Assembly (NCBI GenBank): GCA_964016885.1
Contig: OZ024745.1
Coordinates: 82,212,001 to 82,276,000, forward strand
Length of the DNA stretch: 64,000 nucleotides
Reading direction: 5' to 3'
Origin: Eledone cirrhosa
Lineage: Eukaryota
The notes under the pieces are model-generated. The model ran no database searches. It was given only the letters and a program-made list of their open reading frames with translations, and was not told the origin of the DNA. A program made the translations under genes and the position numbers. This document shows, one piece after another, positions 32,601 through 49,250 of the stretch (position 1 is the first letter of the stretch; the number at the start of each line of letters is the position of its first letter).

Positions 32601-35600
32601 AAATTAGTAATTCACTCACACCAAATTGATAACATATTCCCATGAAACTGATAATTCAATCCCACACAATTGATAACAGATTTCCACTCACTCACACCCA
32701 ATTGATAACTTATTCCCAGAAAATTAATAATCCACTCACACCAAAGTGATAACTTATTCCTATAAAATTAATAATTCACTCACACCAAATTGATAACATA
32801 TTCCCACAAAATTAATTATCCACTCACACCAAATTGATAACATTTTACCACAAAATTAATAATCCTCTCACACCAAATTGATAACGTATTCCCAGAATAT
32901 TAATAATCCACTCACACCAAATTCATAACTTATTCCCACAAAATTGATAATTCACTCACACGAAATTGATAACATATTTCCACAAAATTGATAATTCACT
33001 CGCACCAAATTGATAACATATTCTCACAAAATTAATAATCGACTCACAGCAAATTGACAACATATTCCCACAAAATTAATAATCCACTCACACCCAATTG
33101 ATAACATATTCCCACAAAATTAATAATTCACTCACACCAAATTGATAACATATTCCCACAAAATTGATTATTCACTCTTATCAAATTGATAACACATTCC
33201 CATTAAACTGAAAATTCACTCGCACTAAATTGATAACATATTCCCACAAAATTGATAATGCTCTCACACAAAATTGATAACATATTCCCACAGAATTAAT
33301 AATTCACTCACACCAAATTGATAACTTATTCCCACAAAATTGATAATTCAATCACACCCAATTGATAACATATTCCCACAAATTTGATAATTCACTCGCA
33401 CCAAATTGATAACATATTCCCACAAAATTAATAATTCACTCACACCAAATTGACAACATATTCCCATAAAATTTATAATTCACTCGCACCAAATTGATAA
33501 CGTATTCCCAGAAAATTAATAATTCACTCACACCAAATTGATAACATATCCCCATTAAACTGATACTTCAATCACACACAATTGATAACATATTCCCACA
33601 AAATTGATAATTCACTCACACCAAATTGATAACTTATTCCCATAAAATTAATAATTCACTCACACCAAATTGATAACATATTTCCACAAAATTGATAATT
33701 CACTCGCACCAAATTGATAACGTATTGCCACAAAATTAATAATCCACTCACAGCAAATTGATAACATATTCCCACAAAATTAATAATCGACTCACAGCAA
33801 ATTGATAACATATTCCCACAAAATTAATAATCCACTCACACTAAATTGATAACGTATGCCACAAAATTAATAATCCACTCACACCAAATTGATAACATAT
33901 TCCCACAAAATTGAATATTCACTCTTACCAAATTGATAACACATTCCCATTAAACTGATAATTCACTCGCACTAAATTGATAACATATTCCCACAAAATT
34001 GATAATGCTCTCACACCAAATTGATAACATATTCCCACAAAATTAATAATTCACTCACAACAAATTGATAATTATTCCCACAAAATTGATAATTCAATCA
34101 CACCCAATTGATAACATATTCCCACAGCATTGATAATTCACTCGCACCAAATTGATAACATATTCCCACAAAATTAATAATTCACTCACACCAAATTGAG
34201 GACATATTCCCATAATATTTATAATTAACTCGCACCAAATTAATAACGTATTCCCACAAAATTAATAATTCACGCACACCAAATTGATAACATATTCCCT
34301 CAAAATTAATAATTAACTCACACCAAATTGATAACTTATTCCCACAAAGTTGATTATTCAATTACACACAATTGATAACATATTCCCACAAAATTAATAA
34401 GTCACTCACACGAAATTGATAAAATAATCCCACAAAATTAATAATCCACTCACACTAAATTGATAACGTATTGCCACAAAATTAATAATCCACTCACACC
34501 AAATTGATAACATATTCCCACAAAATTAATAATTCACTCACACCAAATTGATAACATATTCCCACAAAATTGATTATTCACTCATAGCAATTTGATAACA
34601 TATTCCCACAAAATTAATAATTGTCTTACACCAAATTGATAACATATTCCCATAAAATTTATAATTCACTCGCACCAAATTGATAACGTATTCCCACAAA
34701 ATTAATAATTCACGCACACCAAATTGATAACATATTCCTACAAAATTAATAATCCACTCTCACTAAATTGATAACATATTTTCACAAAATTAATAATCCA
34801 CTCACACCAAATTGATAACATATTCCCACAAAATTAATAATTCACTCACACCAAATTGATAACATATTCCCACAAAATTGATTATTCACTCATAGCAATG
34901 TTATAACATATTCCCACAAAATTAATAATTCACTCACACCAAATTGATAACATATTCCCACAAAATTAGTAATTCACTCACACCAAATTGATAACATATT
35001 CCCATGAAACTGATAATTTAATCCCACACAATTGATAACAGATTTCCACTCACTCACACCCAATTGATAACTTATTCCCAGAAAATTAATAATCCACTCA
35101 CACCAAAGTGATAACTTATTCCTATAAAATTAATAATTCACTCACACCAAATTGATAACATATTCCCACAAAATTAATTATCCACTCACACCAAATTGAT
35201 AACATTTTACCACAAAATTAATAATCCTCTCACACCAAATTGATAACGTATTCCCAGAATATTAATAATCCACTCACACCAAATTCATAACTTATTCCCA
35301 CAAAATTGATAATTCACTCACACGAAATTGATAACATATTTCCACAAAATTGATAATTCACTCGCACCAAATTGATAACATATTCTCACAAAATTAATAA
35401 TCGACTCACAGCAAATTGACAACATATTCCCACAAAATTAATAATCCACTCACACCCAATTGATAACATATTCCCACAAAATTAATAATTCACTCACACC
35501 AAATTGATAACATATTCCCACAAAATTGATTATTCACTCTTATCAAATTGATAACACATTCCCATTAAACTGAAAATTCACTCGCACTAAATTGATAACA

Positions 35601-38600
35601 TATTCCCACAAAATTGATAATGCTCTCACACAAAATTGATAACATATTCCCACAGAATTAATAATTCACTCACACCAAATTGATAACTTATTCCCACAAA
35701 ATTGATAATTCAATCACACCCAATTGATAACATATTCCCACAAATTTGATAATTCACTCGCACCAAATTGATAACATATTCCCACAAAATTAATAATTCA
35801 CTCACACCAAATTGACAACATATTCCCATAAAATTTATAATTCACTCGCACCAAATTGATAACGTATTCCCAGAAAATTAATAATTCACTCACACCAAAT
35901 TGATAACATATCCCCATTAAACTGATACTTCAATCACACACAATTGATAACATATTCCCACAAAATTGATAATTCACTCACACCAAATTGATAACTTATT
36001 CCCATAAAATTAATAATTCACTCACACCAAATTGATAACATATTTCCACAAAATTGATAATTCACTCGCACCAAATTGATAACGTATTGCCACAAAATTA
36101 ATAATCCACTCACAGCAAATTGATAACATATTCCCACAAAATTAATAATCGACTCACAGCAAATTGATAACATATTCCCACAAAATTAATAATCCACTCA
36201 CACTAAATTGATAACGTATGCCACAAAATTAATAATCCACTCACACCAAATTGATAACATATTCCCACAAAATTGATTATTCACTCTTACCAAATTGATA
36301 ACACATTTCCATTAAACTGATAATTCACTCGCACTAAATTGATAACATATTCCCACAAAATTGATAATGCTCTCACACCAAATTGATAACATATTCCCAC
36401 AAAATTAATAATTCACTCACAACAAATTGATAATTATTCCCACAAAATTGATAATTCAATCACACCCAATTGATAACATATTCCCACAGCATTGATAATT
36501 CACTCGCACCAAATTGATAACATATTCCCACAAAATTAATAATTCACTCACACCAAATTGAGGACATATTCCCATAATATTTATAATTAACTCGCACCAA
36601 ATTAATAACGTATTCCCACAAAATTAATAATTCACGCACACCAAATTGATAACATATTCCCTCAAAATTAATAATTAACTCACACCAAATTGATAACTTA
36701 TTCCCACAAAGTTGATTATTCAATTACACACAATTGATAACATATTCCCACAAAATTAATAAGTCACTCACACGAAATTGATAAAATAATCCCATAAAAT
36801 TAATAATCCACTCACTCCAAATTGATAACGTATTCCCACAAAATTAATAATCCACTCACACCAAATTGATAACATATTCCCACAAAATTAATAATTCACT
36901 CACACCAAATTGATAACATATTCCCACAAAATTGATTATTCACTCATAGCAATTTGATAACATATTCCCACAAAATTAATAATTGACTCACACCAAATTG
37001 ATAACATATTCCCATAAAATTTATAATTCACTCGCACCAAATTGATAACGTATTCCCACAAAATTAATAATTCACGCACCCCAAATTGATAACATATTCC
37101 CACAAAATTAATAATCCACTCTCACTAAATTGATAACATATTTTCACAAAATTAATAATCCACTCACACCAAATTGATAACATATTCCCACAAAATTAAT
37201 AATTCACTCACACCAAATTGATAACATATTCCCACAAAATTGATTATTCACTCATAGCAATTTGATAACATATTCCCACAAAATTAATAATTCACTCACA
37301 CCAAATTGATAACATATTCCCATAAAATTTATAATTCACTCGCACCAAATTGATAACGTATTCACACAAAATTAATAATTCACGCACACCAAATTGATAA
37401 CATATTCCCACAAAATTAATAATCCACTTACACTAAATTGATAACATATTCCCACAAAATTAATAATCCACTCACACCAAATTGATAACATATTCCCACA
37501 AAATTAATAATCCACTCACACTAAATTGATAACGTATTGCCACAAAATTAATAATCCCCTCACACCAAATTGATAACATATTCCCACAAAATTGATTATT
37601 CACTCTTACCAAATTGATAACACATTCCCATTAAACTGATAATTCACTCGCACTAAATTGATAACATATTCCCACAAAATTGATAATGCTCTCACACCAA
37701 ATTGATAACATATTCCCACAAAATTAATAATTCACTCACAACAAATTGATAACGTATTGCCACAAAATTAATAATCCACTCACACCCAATTGATAACATA
37801 TTCCCAGAAAATTGATTATTCACTCTTACCAAATTGATAACACATTCCCATTAAACTGATAATTCACTCGCACTAAATTGATAACATATTCCCACAAAAT
37901 TGATAATGCTCTCACACCAAATTGATAACATATTCCCACAAAATTAATAATTCACTCACAACAAATTGATAACTTATTCCCACAAAATTGATAATTCAAT
38001 CACACCCAATTGATAACATATTCCCACAGCATTGATAATTCACTCGCACCAAATTGATAACATATTCCCACAAAATTAATAATTCACTCACACCAAATTG
38101 AGGACATATTCCCATAATATTTATAATTAACTCGCACAAAATTAATAACGTATTCCCACAAAATTAATAATTCACGCACACCAAATTGATAACATATTCC
38201 CTCAAAATTAATAATTAACTCACACCAAATTGATAACTTATTCCCACAAAGTTGATTATTCAATTACACACAATTGATAACATATTCCCACAAAATTAAT
38301 AATTCACTCACACGAAATTGATAACATAATCCCATAAAATTAATAATCCACTCACACCAAATTGATAACGTATTCCCACAAAATTAATAATCCACTCACA
38401 ACAAATTGATAACATATTCCCACAAAATTAATAATTCACTCACACCAAATTGATAACATATTCCCACAAAATTGATTATTCACTCATAGCAATTTGATAA
38501 CATATTCCCACAAAATTAATAATTGTCTTACACCAAATTGATAACATATTCCCATAAAATTTATAATTCACTCGCACCAAATTGATAACGTATTCCCACA

Positions 38601-41600
38601 AAATTAATAATTCACGCACACCAAATTGATAACATATTCCTACAAAATTAATAATCCACTCTCACTAAATTGATAACATATTTTCACAAAATTAATAATC
38701 CACTCACACCAAATTGATAACATATTCCCACAAAATTAATAATTCACTCACACCAAATTGATAACATATTCCCACAAAATTGATTATTCACTCATAGCAA
38801 TGTTATAACATATTCCCACAAAATTAATAATTCACTCACACCAAATTGATAACATATTCCCACAAAATTAGTAATTCACTCACACCAAATTGATAACATA
38901 TTCCCATGAAACTGATAATTCAATCCCACACAATTGATAACAGATTTCCACTCACTCACACCCAATTGATAACTTATTCCCAGAAAATTAATAATCCACT
39001 CACACCAAAGTGATAACTTATTCCTATAAAATTAATAATTCACTCACACCAAATTGATAACATATTCCCACAAAATTAATTATCCACTCACACCAAATTG
39101 ATAACATTTTACCACAAAATTAATAATCCTCTCACACCAAATTGATAACGTATTCACAGAATATTAATAATCCACTCACACCAAATTCATAACTTATTCC
39201 CACAAAATTGATAATTCACTCACACGAAATTGATAACATATTCCCACAAAATTGATAATTCACTCGCACCAAATTGATAACATATTCTCACAAAATTAAT
39301 AATCGACTCACAGCAAATTGACAACATATTCCCACAAAATTAATAATCCACTCACACCCAATTGATAACATATTCCCACAAAATTAATAATTCACTCACA
39401 CCAAATTGATAACATATTCCCACAAAATTGATTATTCACTCTTATCAAATTGATAACACATTCCCATTAAACTGAAAATTCACTCGCACTAAATTGATAA
39501 CATATTCCCACAAAATTGATAATGCTCTCACACAAAATTGATAACATATTCCCACAGAATTAATAATTCACTCACACCAAATTGATAACTTATTCCCACA
39601 AAATTGATAATTCAATCACACCCAATTGATAACATATTCCCACAAATTTGATAATTCACTCGCACCAAATTGATAACATATTCCCACAAAATTAATAATT
39701 CACTCACACCAAATTGACAACATATTCCCATAAAATTTATAATTCACTCGCACCAAATTGATAACGTATTCCCAGAAAATTAATAATTAACTCACACCAA
39801 ATTGATAACATATCCCCATTAAACTGATACTTCAATCACACACAATTGATAACATATTCCCACAAAATTGATAATTCACTCACACCAAATTGATAACTTA
39901 TTCCCATAAAATTAATAATTCACTCACACCAAATTGATAACATATTTCCACAAAATTGATAATTCACTCGCACCAAATTGATAACGTATTGCCACAAAAT
40001 TAATAATCCACTCACAGCAAATTGATAACATATTCCCACAAAATTAATAATCGACTCACAGCAAATTGATAACATATTCCCACAAAATTAATAATCCACT
40101 CACACTAAATTGATAACGTATGCCACAAAATTAATAATCCACTCACACCAAATTGATAACATATTCCCACAAAATTGATTATTCACTCTTACCAAATTGA
40201 TAACACATTCCCATTAAACTGATAATTCACTCGCACTAAATTGATAACATATTCCCACAAAATTGATAATGCTCTCACACCAAATTGATAACATATTCCC
40301 ACAAAATTAATAATTCACTCACAACAAATTGATAATTATTCCCACAAAATTGATAATTCAATCACACCCAATTGATAACATATTCCCACAGCATTGATAA
40401 TTCACTCGCACCAAATTGATAACATATTCCCACAAAATTAATAATTCACTCACACCAAATTGAGGACATATTCCCATAATATTTATAATTAACTCGCACC
40501 AAATTAATAACGTATTCCCATAAAATTAATAACTCACGCACACCAAATTGATAACATATTCCCTCAAAATTAATAATTAACTCACACCAAATTGATAACT
40601 TATTCCCACAAAGTTGATTATTCAATTACACACAATTGATAACATATTCCCACAAAATTAATAAGTCACTCACACGAAATTGATAAAATAATCCCATAAA
40701 ATTAATAATCCACTCACTCCAAATTGATAACGTATTCCCACAAAATTAATAATCCACTCACACCAAATTGATAACATATTCCCACAAAATTAATAATTCA
40801 CTCACACCAAATTGATAACATATTCCCACAAAATTGATTATTCACTCATAGCAATTTGATAACATATTCCCACAAAATTAATAATTGACTCACACCAAAT
40901 TGATAACATATTCCCATAAAATTTATAATTCACTCGCACCAAATTGATAACGTATTCCCACAAAATTAATAATTCACGCACCCCAAATTGATAACATATT
41001 CCCACAAAATTAATAATCCACTCTCACTAAATTGATAACATATTTTCACAAAATTAATAATCCACTCACACCAAATTGATAACATATTCCCACAAAATTA
41101 ATAATTCACTCACACCAAATTGATAACATATTCCCACAAAATTGATTATTCACTCATAGCAATTTGATAACATATTCCCACAAAATTAATAATTCACTCA
41201 CACCAAATTGATAACATATTCCCATAAAATTTATAATTCACTCGCACCAAATTGATAACGTATTCACACAAAATTAATAATTCACGCACACCAAATTGAT
41301 AACATATTCCCACAAAATTAATAATCCACTCACACTAAATTGATAACATATTCCCACAAAATTAATAATCCACTCACACCAAATTGATAACATATTCCCA
41401 CAAAATTTGTAATTCACTCACACCAAATTGATAACATATTCCCATGAAACTGATAATTCAATCCCACACAATTGATAACAGATTTCCACAAAATTAATAA
41501 TTCACTCGCACCCAATTGATAACTTATTTCCAGAAAATTAATAATCCACTGACACCAAATTGATAACTTATTCCTATAAAATTAATAATTCACTCACACC

Positions 41601-43165
41601 AAATTGATAACATATTCCCACAAAATTAATTATCCACTCACACCAAATTGATAACATTTTACCACAAAATTAATAATCCTCTCACACCAAATTGATAACG
41701 TATTCCCAGAATATTAATAATCCACTCACACCAAATTCATAACTTATTCCCACAAAATTGATAATTCACTCACACGAAATTGATAACATATTCCCACAAA
41801 ATTGATAATTCACTCGCACCAAATTGATAACATATTCTCACAAAATTAATAATCGACTCACAGCAAATTGATAACATATTCCCACAAAATTAATAATCCA
41901 CTCACACCCAATTGATAACATATTCCCACAAAATTAATAATTCACTCACACCAAATTGATAACATATTCCCACAAAATTGATTATTCACTCTTACCAAAT
42001 TGATAACACATTCCCATTAAACTGAAAATTCACTCGCACTAAATTGATAACATATTCCCACAAAATTGATAATGCTCTCACACCAAATTGATAACATATT
42101 CCCACAGAATTAATAATTCACTCACACAAAATTGATAACTTATTCCCACAAAATTGATAATTCAATCACACCCAATTGATAACATATTCCCACAAATTTG
42201 ATAATTCACTCGCACAAAATTGATAACATATTCCCACAAAATTAATAATTCACTCACACCAAATTGACAACATATTCCCATAAAATTTATAATTCACTCG
42301 CACCAAATTGATAACGTATTCCCAGAAAATTAATAATTCACACACACCAAATTGATAACATATCCCGATTAAACTGATACTTCAATCACACACAATTGAT
42401 AACATATTTCCACAAAATTAATAATCCACTCACACTAAATTGATAACGTATTGCCACAAAATTAATAATCCACTCACACGAAATTGATAACATATTCCCA
42501 CAAACTTGATTATTCACTCTTACCAAATTGATAACACATTCCCATTAAACTGATAATTCACTCGCACTAAATTGATAACATATTCCCACAAAATTGATAA
42601 TGCTCTCACACCAAATTGATAACATATTCCCACAAAATTAATAATTCACTCACAACAAATTGATAACTTATTCCCACAAAATTGATAATTCAATCACACC
42701 CAATTGATAACATATTCCCACAGCATTGATAATTCACTCGCACCAAATTGATAACATATTCCCACAAAATTAATAATTCACTCACACCAAATTGAGGACA
42801 TATTCCCATAATCTTTATAATTAACTCGCACCAAATTAATAACGTATTCCCACAAAATTAATAATTCACGCACACCAAATTGATAACATTCCCACAAAAT
42901 TAATAATCCTCTCGCACCAAATTGATAACGTATTCCCACAAAATTAATAATCCACTCACACCAAATTGATAACATATTCCCACAAAATTAATAATCCACT
43001 CACACCAAATTGATAACATATTCCCACAAAATTAATAATCCACTCACGCCAAATTGATAACATTCCCACAAAATTAATAATCCACTCACAACAAATTGAT
43101 AACATATTCCCACAAAATTAATAATCCACTCACACCAAATTGATAACATATTCCCAGAAAATTAG
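26650..43165 (+). repeat. Satellite domain B (TGAGGACAT marker, 12-bp-deleted monomer, TGTCTTACACC, CATGAAACTG)
   Basis: TGAGGACA at 28813, 31131, ~34198, ~36559, ~38099, 40461 and ~42793. GTCTTAC at 29239, 32261, 34623 and 38525. Boundaries are approximate. Confidence 0.75.
32069..36792 (+). repeat. Near-identical tandem duplication, 2362-bp unit (54 monomers minus 14 bp)
   Basis: GTCTTAC at 32261 and 34623, and the 12-bp deletion at 32687 and 35049, share an offset of 2362. A chimeric monomer marks the junction at ~34430. Confidence 0.88.
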
Positions 43166-46100
43166 TAATTCACTCACACCAAATTGATAACATATTCCCA
43201 ATAAACAGATGATACAATCACACGAAATTTATAACATATTTCCACAAAATTAATAATTCACTCACACGAAATTGATAACTTATTCCCAGAAAATTAATAA
43301 TCCACTCACACCAAATTGATAACATATTCCCACAAAATTGATAATACACTCCCACCAAATTGATAACTTGTTCCCATAAAATTAATAATTCACTCACACC
43401 AAATTGATAACATATTCCCACAAAATTAATAATCCACTCACACCAAATTGATAACATATTCCCACAAAATTGATAATTTACTCGCACCAAATTGATAACA
43501 TATTCCCACAAAATTAATAATCGACTCATAGCAAATTGATAACATATTCCATCAAAATTAATAATCCACTCACACCAAATTGATAACGTATTCCCACAAA
43601 ATTAATAATCCACTCACATCAAATTGATAGCATATTCCCACAAAATTGATAATTCACTCACACCAAACTCATAACATATTCCACAAAATTAATAACCAAT
43701 CACACCAAATTGATAACATATTCCCACAATATTGATAATTCACTCACGCCAAATTGATAACATATTCCCACAAAATAAATAATTCACTCCCACCAAATTT
43801 ATAGCATATTCCCACTAAATTAATAATTCAGTCACACCAAATTGATAACGTATTCTCACAAAATTGATAATTCACTCACACCAAATTGATAACATATTCC
43901 CATAAAATTAATAATTCACTCACACCAAATTTATAACATATTCCCACAAAATTAATAATCCACTCACCCCAAATTGATAACATATTACCACAAAATTAAT
44001 AATCCTCTCACAACAAATTGATAACGTATTCCCAGAAAATTAATAATCCACTCACACCAAATTGATAACTTATTCCCACAAAATTGATAATTCACTCACA
44101 CGAAATGAATAACATATTCCCACAAAATTGATAATTCACTCACACCAAACTGATAAAATATTCCCACAAAATTATTAATCGACTCACAGCAAATTTATAA
44201 CATATCCCCACAAAATTAATAATCCACTCACACCAAATTGATAACGTATTCCCACAAAATTAATAATCCACTCACACCAAATTGATAACATATTCCCACA
44301 AAATTGATAATTCACTCACACCAAATTGATAACATATTCCCAGAAAATTTATAATTCACTCACACCAAATTGCTAACATATTCCCACAAAATTGATTATT
44401 CACTCACACCAAATTGATAACATATTCCCAGAAAATTAATAATTCACTCACACGAAATTGATAACATATTCCCACAAAATTAATAATCCACTCACACCAA
44501 ATTGATAACGTATTCCCACAAAATTAATAATGCACTCACACCAAATTGATAACATATTCCCACAAAATTAATAATTCACTCACACCAAATTGATAACATG
44601 TTCCATCAAAATTAGTAATTAACTCACACCAAATTGATAACATATTCCCATTACACTCATAATTCAATCACACCCAATTGATAACATATTTCCACAAGAT
44701 TAATAATTCACTCACACGAAATTGATAACATATTCCGACAAAATTAATAATCCACTCACACCAAATTGATAACATATTCCCACAAAATATATAATTCACT
44801 CACACCAAATTGATAACATATTCCCACAAAATTAATAATCGACTCACAGCAAATTGATAACATATCCCCACAAAATTAATAATCCACTCACACCAAATTG
44901 ATAACGTATTCCCACAAAATTAATAATCCACTCCCACCAAATTGATAACATATTCCCACAAAATTAATAATCGACTCACAGCAAATTGATAACATATCCC
45001 CACAAAATTAATAATCCACTCACACCAAATTAATAACGTATTCCCACAAAATTAATAATCTACTCACACCAAATTGATAACATATTCCCACAAATTTAAT
45101 AATCCACCCACACCCAATTGATAACATATTCCCACAAAATTAATAATTCACTCACACCAAATCGATAACATATTCCCACAAAATTAATAATCCACTCACA
45201 TCAAATTGATAACATATTACCACAAAATTAATAATCCTCTCACACCAAATTGATAACGTATTCCCAGAATATTAATAATCCACTCACACGAAATTGATAA
45301 CTTATTCCCACAAGATTGATAATTCACTCACACGAAATTGATAACATATTTCCAAAAAATTGATAATTCACTCGCACCAAATTGATAACATATTCCCACA
45401 AAATTAATGATCCACTCACACCAAATTGAAAACATATTCCCACAAAATTAATAATTCACTCACACCGAATTGATAACATATTCCCACAAAATTGATTATT
45501 CACTCTTACCAAATTGATAACACATTCCCATTAAACTGATAATTCACTCACACCAAATTGATAACATATTCCCACAAAATTGATTATTCACTCTTACCAA
45601 ATTGATAACACATTCCCATTAAACTGATAATTCACTCGCACCAAATTGATAACATATTCCAACAAAAATGGTAATTCACTCACACCAAATTGATAACATA
45701 TTCCCACAAAATTAATAATTGACTCACAGCAAATTGATAACATATCCCAACAAAATTAATAATCCACTCACACCAAATTGATAACGTATTCCCACAAAAT
45801 TAATAATCCACTCACATCAAATTGATAGCATATTCCCACAAAATTGATAATTCACTCACACCAAACTGATAACATATTCCACGAAATTAATAATCCACTC
45901 ACACCAAATTGATAACATATTCCCACAAGATTGATAATTCACTCACGCCAAATTGATAACATATTCCCACAAAATAAATAATTCACTCACACCAAATTGA
46001 TAACATATTCCCAATAAACAGATGATACAATCACACGAAATTTATAACATATTTCCACAAAATTAATAATTCACTCACACGAAATTGATAACTTATTCCC

Positions 46101-48811
46101 AGAAAATTAATAATCCACTCACACCAAATTGATAACATATTCCCACAAAATTGATAATACACTCCCACCAAATTGATAACTTATTCCCATAAAATTAATA
46201 ATTCACTCACACCAAATTGATAACATATTCCCACAAAATTAATAATCCACTCACACCAAATTGATAACATATTCCCACAAAATTGATAATTTACTCGCAC
46301 CAAATTGATAACATATTCCCACTAAATTAATAATCGACTCATAGCAAATTGATAACATATTCCATCAAAATTAATAATCCACTCACACCAAATTGATAAC
46401 GTATTCCCACAAAATTAATAATCCACTCACATCAAATTGATAGCATATTCCCACAAAATTGATAATTCACTCACACCAAACTCATAACATATTCCACAAA
46501 ATTAATAACCAATCACACCAAATTGATAACATATTCCCACAATATTGATAATTCACTCACGCCAAATTGATAACATATTCCCACAAAATAAATAATTCAC
46601 TCCCACCAAATTTATAGCATATTCCCACTAAATTAATAATTCAGTCACACCAAATTGATAACGTATTCTCACAAAATTGATAATTCACTCACACCAAATT
46701 GATAACATATTCCCATAAAATTAATAATTCACTCACACCAAATTTATAACATATTCCCACAAAATTAATAATCCACTCACCCCAAATTGATAACATATTA
46801 CCACAAAATTAATAATCCTCTCACAACAAATTGATAACGTATTCCCAGAAAATTAATAATCCACTCACACCAAATTGATAACTTATTCCCACAAAATTGA
46901 TAATTCACTCACACGAAATGAATAACATATTCCCACAAAATTGATAATTCACTCACACCAAACTGATAAAATATTCCCACAAAATTATTAATCGACTCAC
47001 AGCAAATTTATAACATATCCCCACAAAATTAATAATCCACTCACACCAAATTGATAACGTATTCCCACAAAATTAATAATCCACTCACACCAAATTGATA
47101 ACATATTCCCACAAAATTGATAATTCACTCACACCAAATTGATAACATATTCCCAGAAAATTTATAATTCACTTACACCAAATTGCTAACATATTCCCAC
47201 AAAATTGATTATTCACTCACACCAAATTGATAACATATTCCCAGAAAATTAATAATTCACTCACACGAAATTGATAACATATTCCCACAAAATTAATAAT
47301 CCACTCACACCAAATTGATAACGTATTCCCACAAAATTAATAATGCACTCACACCAAATTGATAACATATTCCCACAAAATTAATAATTCACTCACACCA
47401 AATTGATAACATGTTCCATCAAAATTAGTAATTAACTCACACCAAATTGATAACATATTCCCATTACACTCATAATTCAATCACACCCAATTGATAACAT
47501 ATTTCCACAAGATTAATAATTCACTCACACGAAATTGATAACATATTCCGACAAAATTAATAATCCACTCACACCAAATTGATAACATATTCCCACAAAA
47601 TATATAATTCACTCACACCAAATTGATAACATATTCCCACAAAATTAATAATCGACTCACAGCAAATTGATAACATATCCCCACAAAATTAATAATCCAC
47701 TCACACCAAATTGATAACGTATTCCCACAAAATTAATAATCCACTCCCACCAAATTGATAACATATTCCCACAAAATTAATAATCGACTCACAGCAAATT
47801 GATAACATATCCCCACAAAATTAATAATCCACTCACACCAAATTAATAACGTATTCCCACAAAATTAATAATCTACTCACACCAAATTGATAACATATTC
47901 CCACAAATTTAATAATCCACCCACACCCAATTGATAACATATTCCCACAAAATTAATAATTCACTCACACCAAATCGATAACATATTCCCACAAAATTAA
48001 TAATCCACTCACATCAAATTGATAACATATTACCACAAAATTAATAATCCTCTCACACCAAATTGATAACGTATTCCCAGAATATTAATAATCCACTCAC
48101 ACGAAATTGATAACTTATTCCCACAAGATTGATAATTCACTCACACGAAATTGATAACATATTTCCAAAAAATTGATAATTCACTCGCACCAAATTGATA
48201 ACATATTCCCACAAAATTAATGATCCACTCACACCAAATTGAAAACATATTCCCACAAAATTAATAATTCACTCACACCGAATTGATAACATATTCCCAC
48301 AAAATTGATTATTCACTCTTACCAAATTGATAACACATTCCCATTAAACTGATAATTCACTCACACCAAATTGATAACATATTCCCACAAAATTGATTAT
48401 TCACTCTTACCAAATTGATAACACATTCCCATTAAACTGATAATTCACTCGCACCAAATTGATAACATATTCCAACAAAAATGGTAATTCACTCACACCA
48501 AATTGATAACATATTCCCACAAAATTAATAATTGACTCACAGCAAATTGATAACATATCCCAACAAAATTAATAATCCACTCACACCAAATTGATAACGT
48601 ATTCCCACAAAATTAATAATCCACTCACATCAAATTGATAGCATATTCCCACAAAATTGATAATTCACTCACACCAAACTGATAACATATTCCACGAAAT
48701 TAATAATCCACTCTCACCAAATTGATAACATATTCCCACAAGATTGATAATTCACTCACGCCAAATTGATAACATATTCCCACAAAATAAATAATTCACT
48801 CACACCAAATT
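43166..48811 (+). repeat. Near-identical tandem duplication, 2813-bp unit (64 monomers minus 3 bp)
   Basis: CAGATGATACAATC at 43206 and 46019. The rare variants in between repeat at the same 2813-bp offset, and three 1-bp deletions account for 2816-3. Confidence 0.9.
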
Positions 48812-49250
48812 TATAGCATATTCCCACTAAATTAATAATTCAGTCACACCAAATTGATAACGTATTCTCACAAAATTGATAATTCACTCACACCAAATTG
48901 ATAACATATTCCCATAAAATTAATAATTCACTCACACCAAATTTATAACATATTCCCACAAAATTAATAATCCACTCACCCCAAATTGATAACATATTAC
49001 CACAAAATTAATAATCCTCTCACAACAAATTGATAACGTATTCCCAGAAAATTAATAATCGACTCACACCAAATTGATAACTTATTCCCACAAAATTGAT
49101 AATTCACTCACACGAAATGAATAACATATTCCCACAAAATTGATAATTCACTCACACCAAACTGATAAAATATTCCCACAAAATTATTAATCGACTCACA
49201 GCAAATTTATAACATATCCGCACAAAATTAATAATCCACTCACACCAAAT
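43166..49250 (+). repeat. Satellite domain C (more diverged monomer set); further segments at ~51730-54135, ~56390-59500 and ~62340-64000
   Basis: Private variants CATGTTCCATC, CACATCAAATTGATAGC, CGAAATGAATAAC, AACTGATAAAATA and TTCCGAC were not seen before 43.1 kb. Confidence 0.8.
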
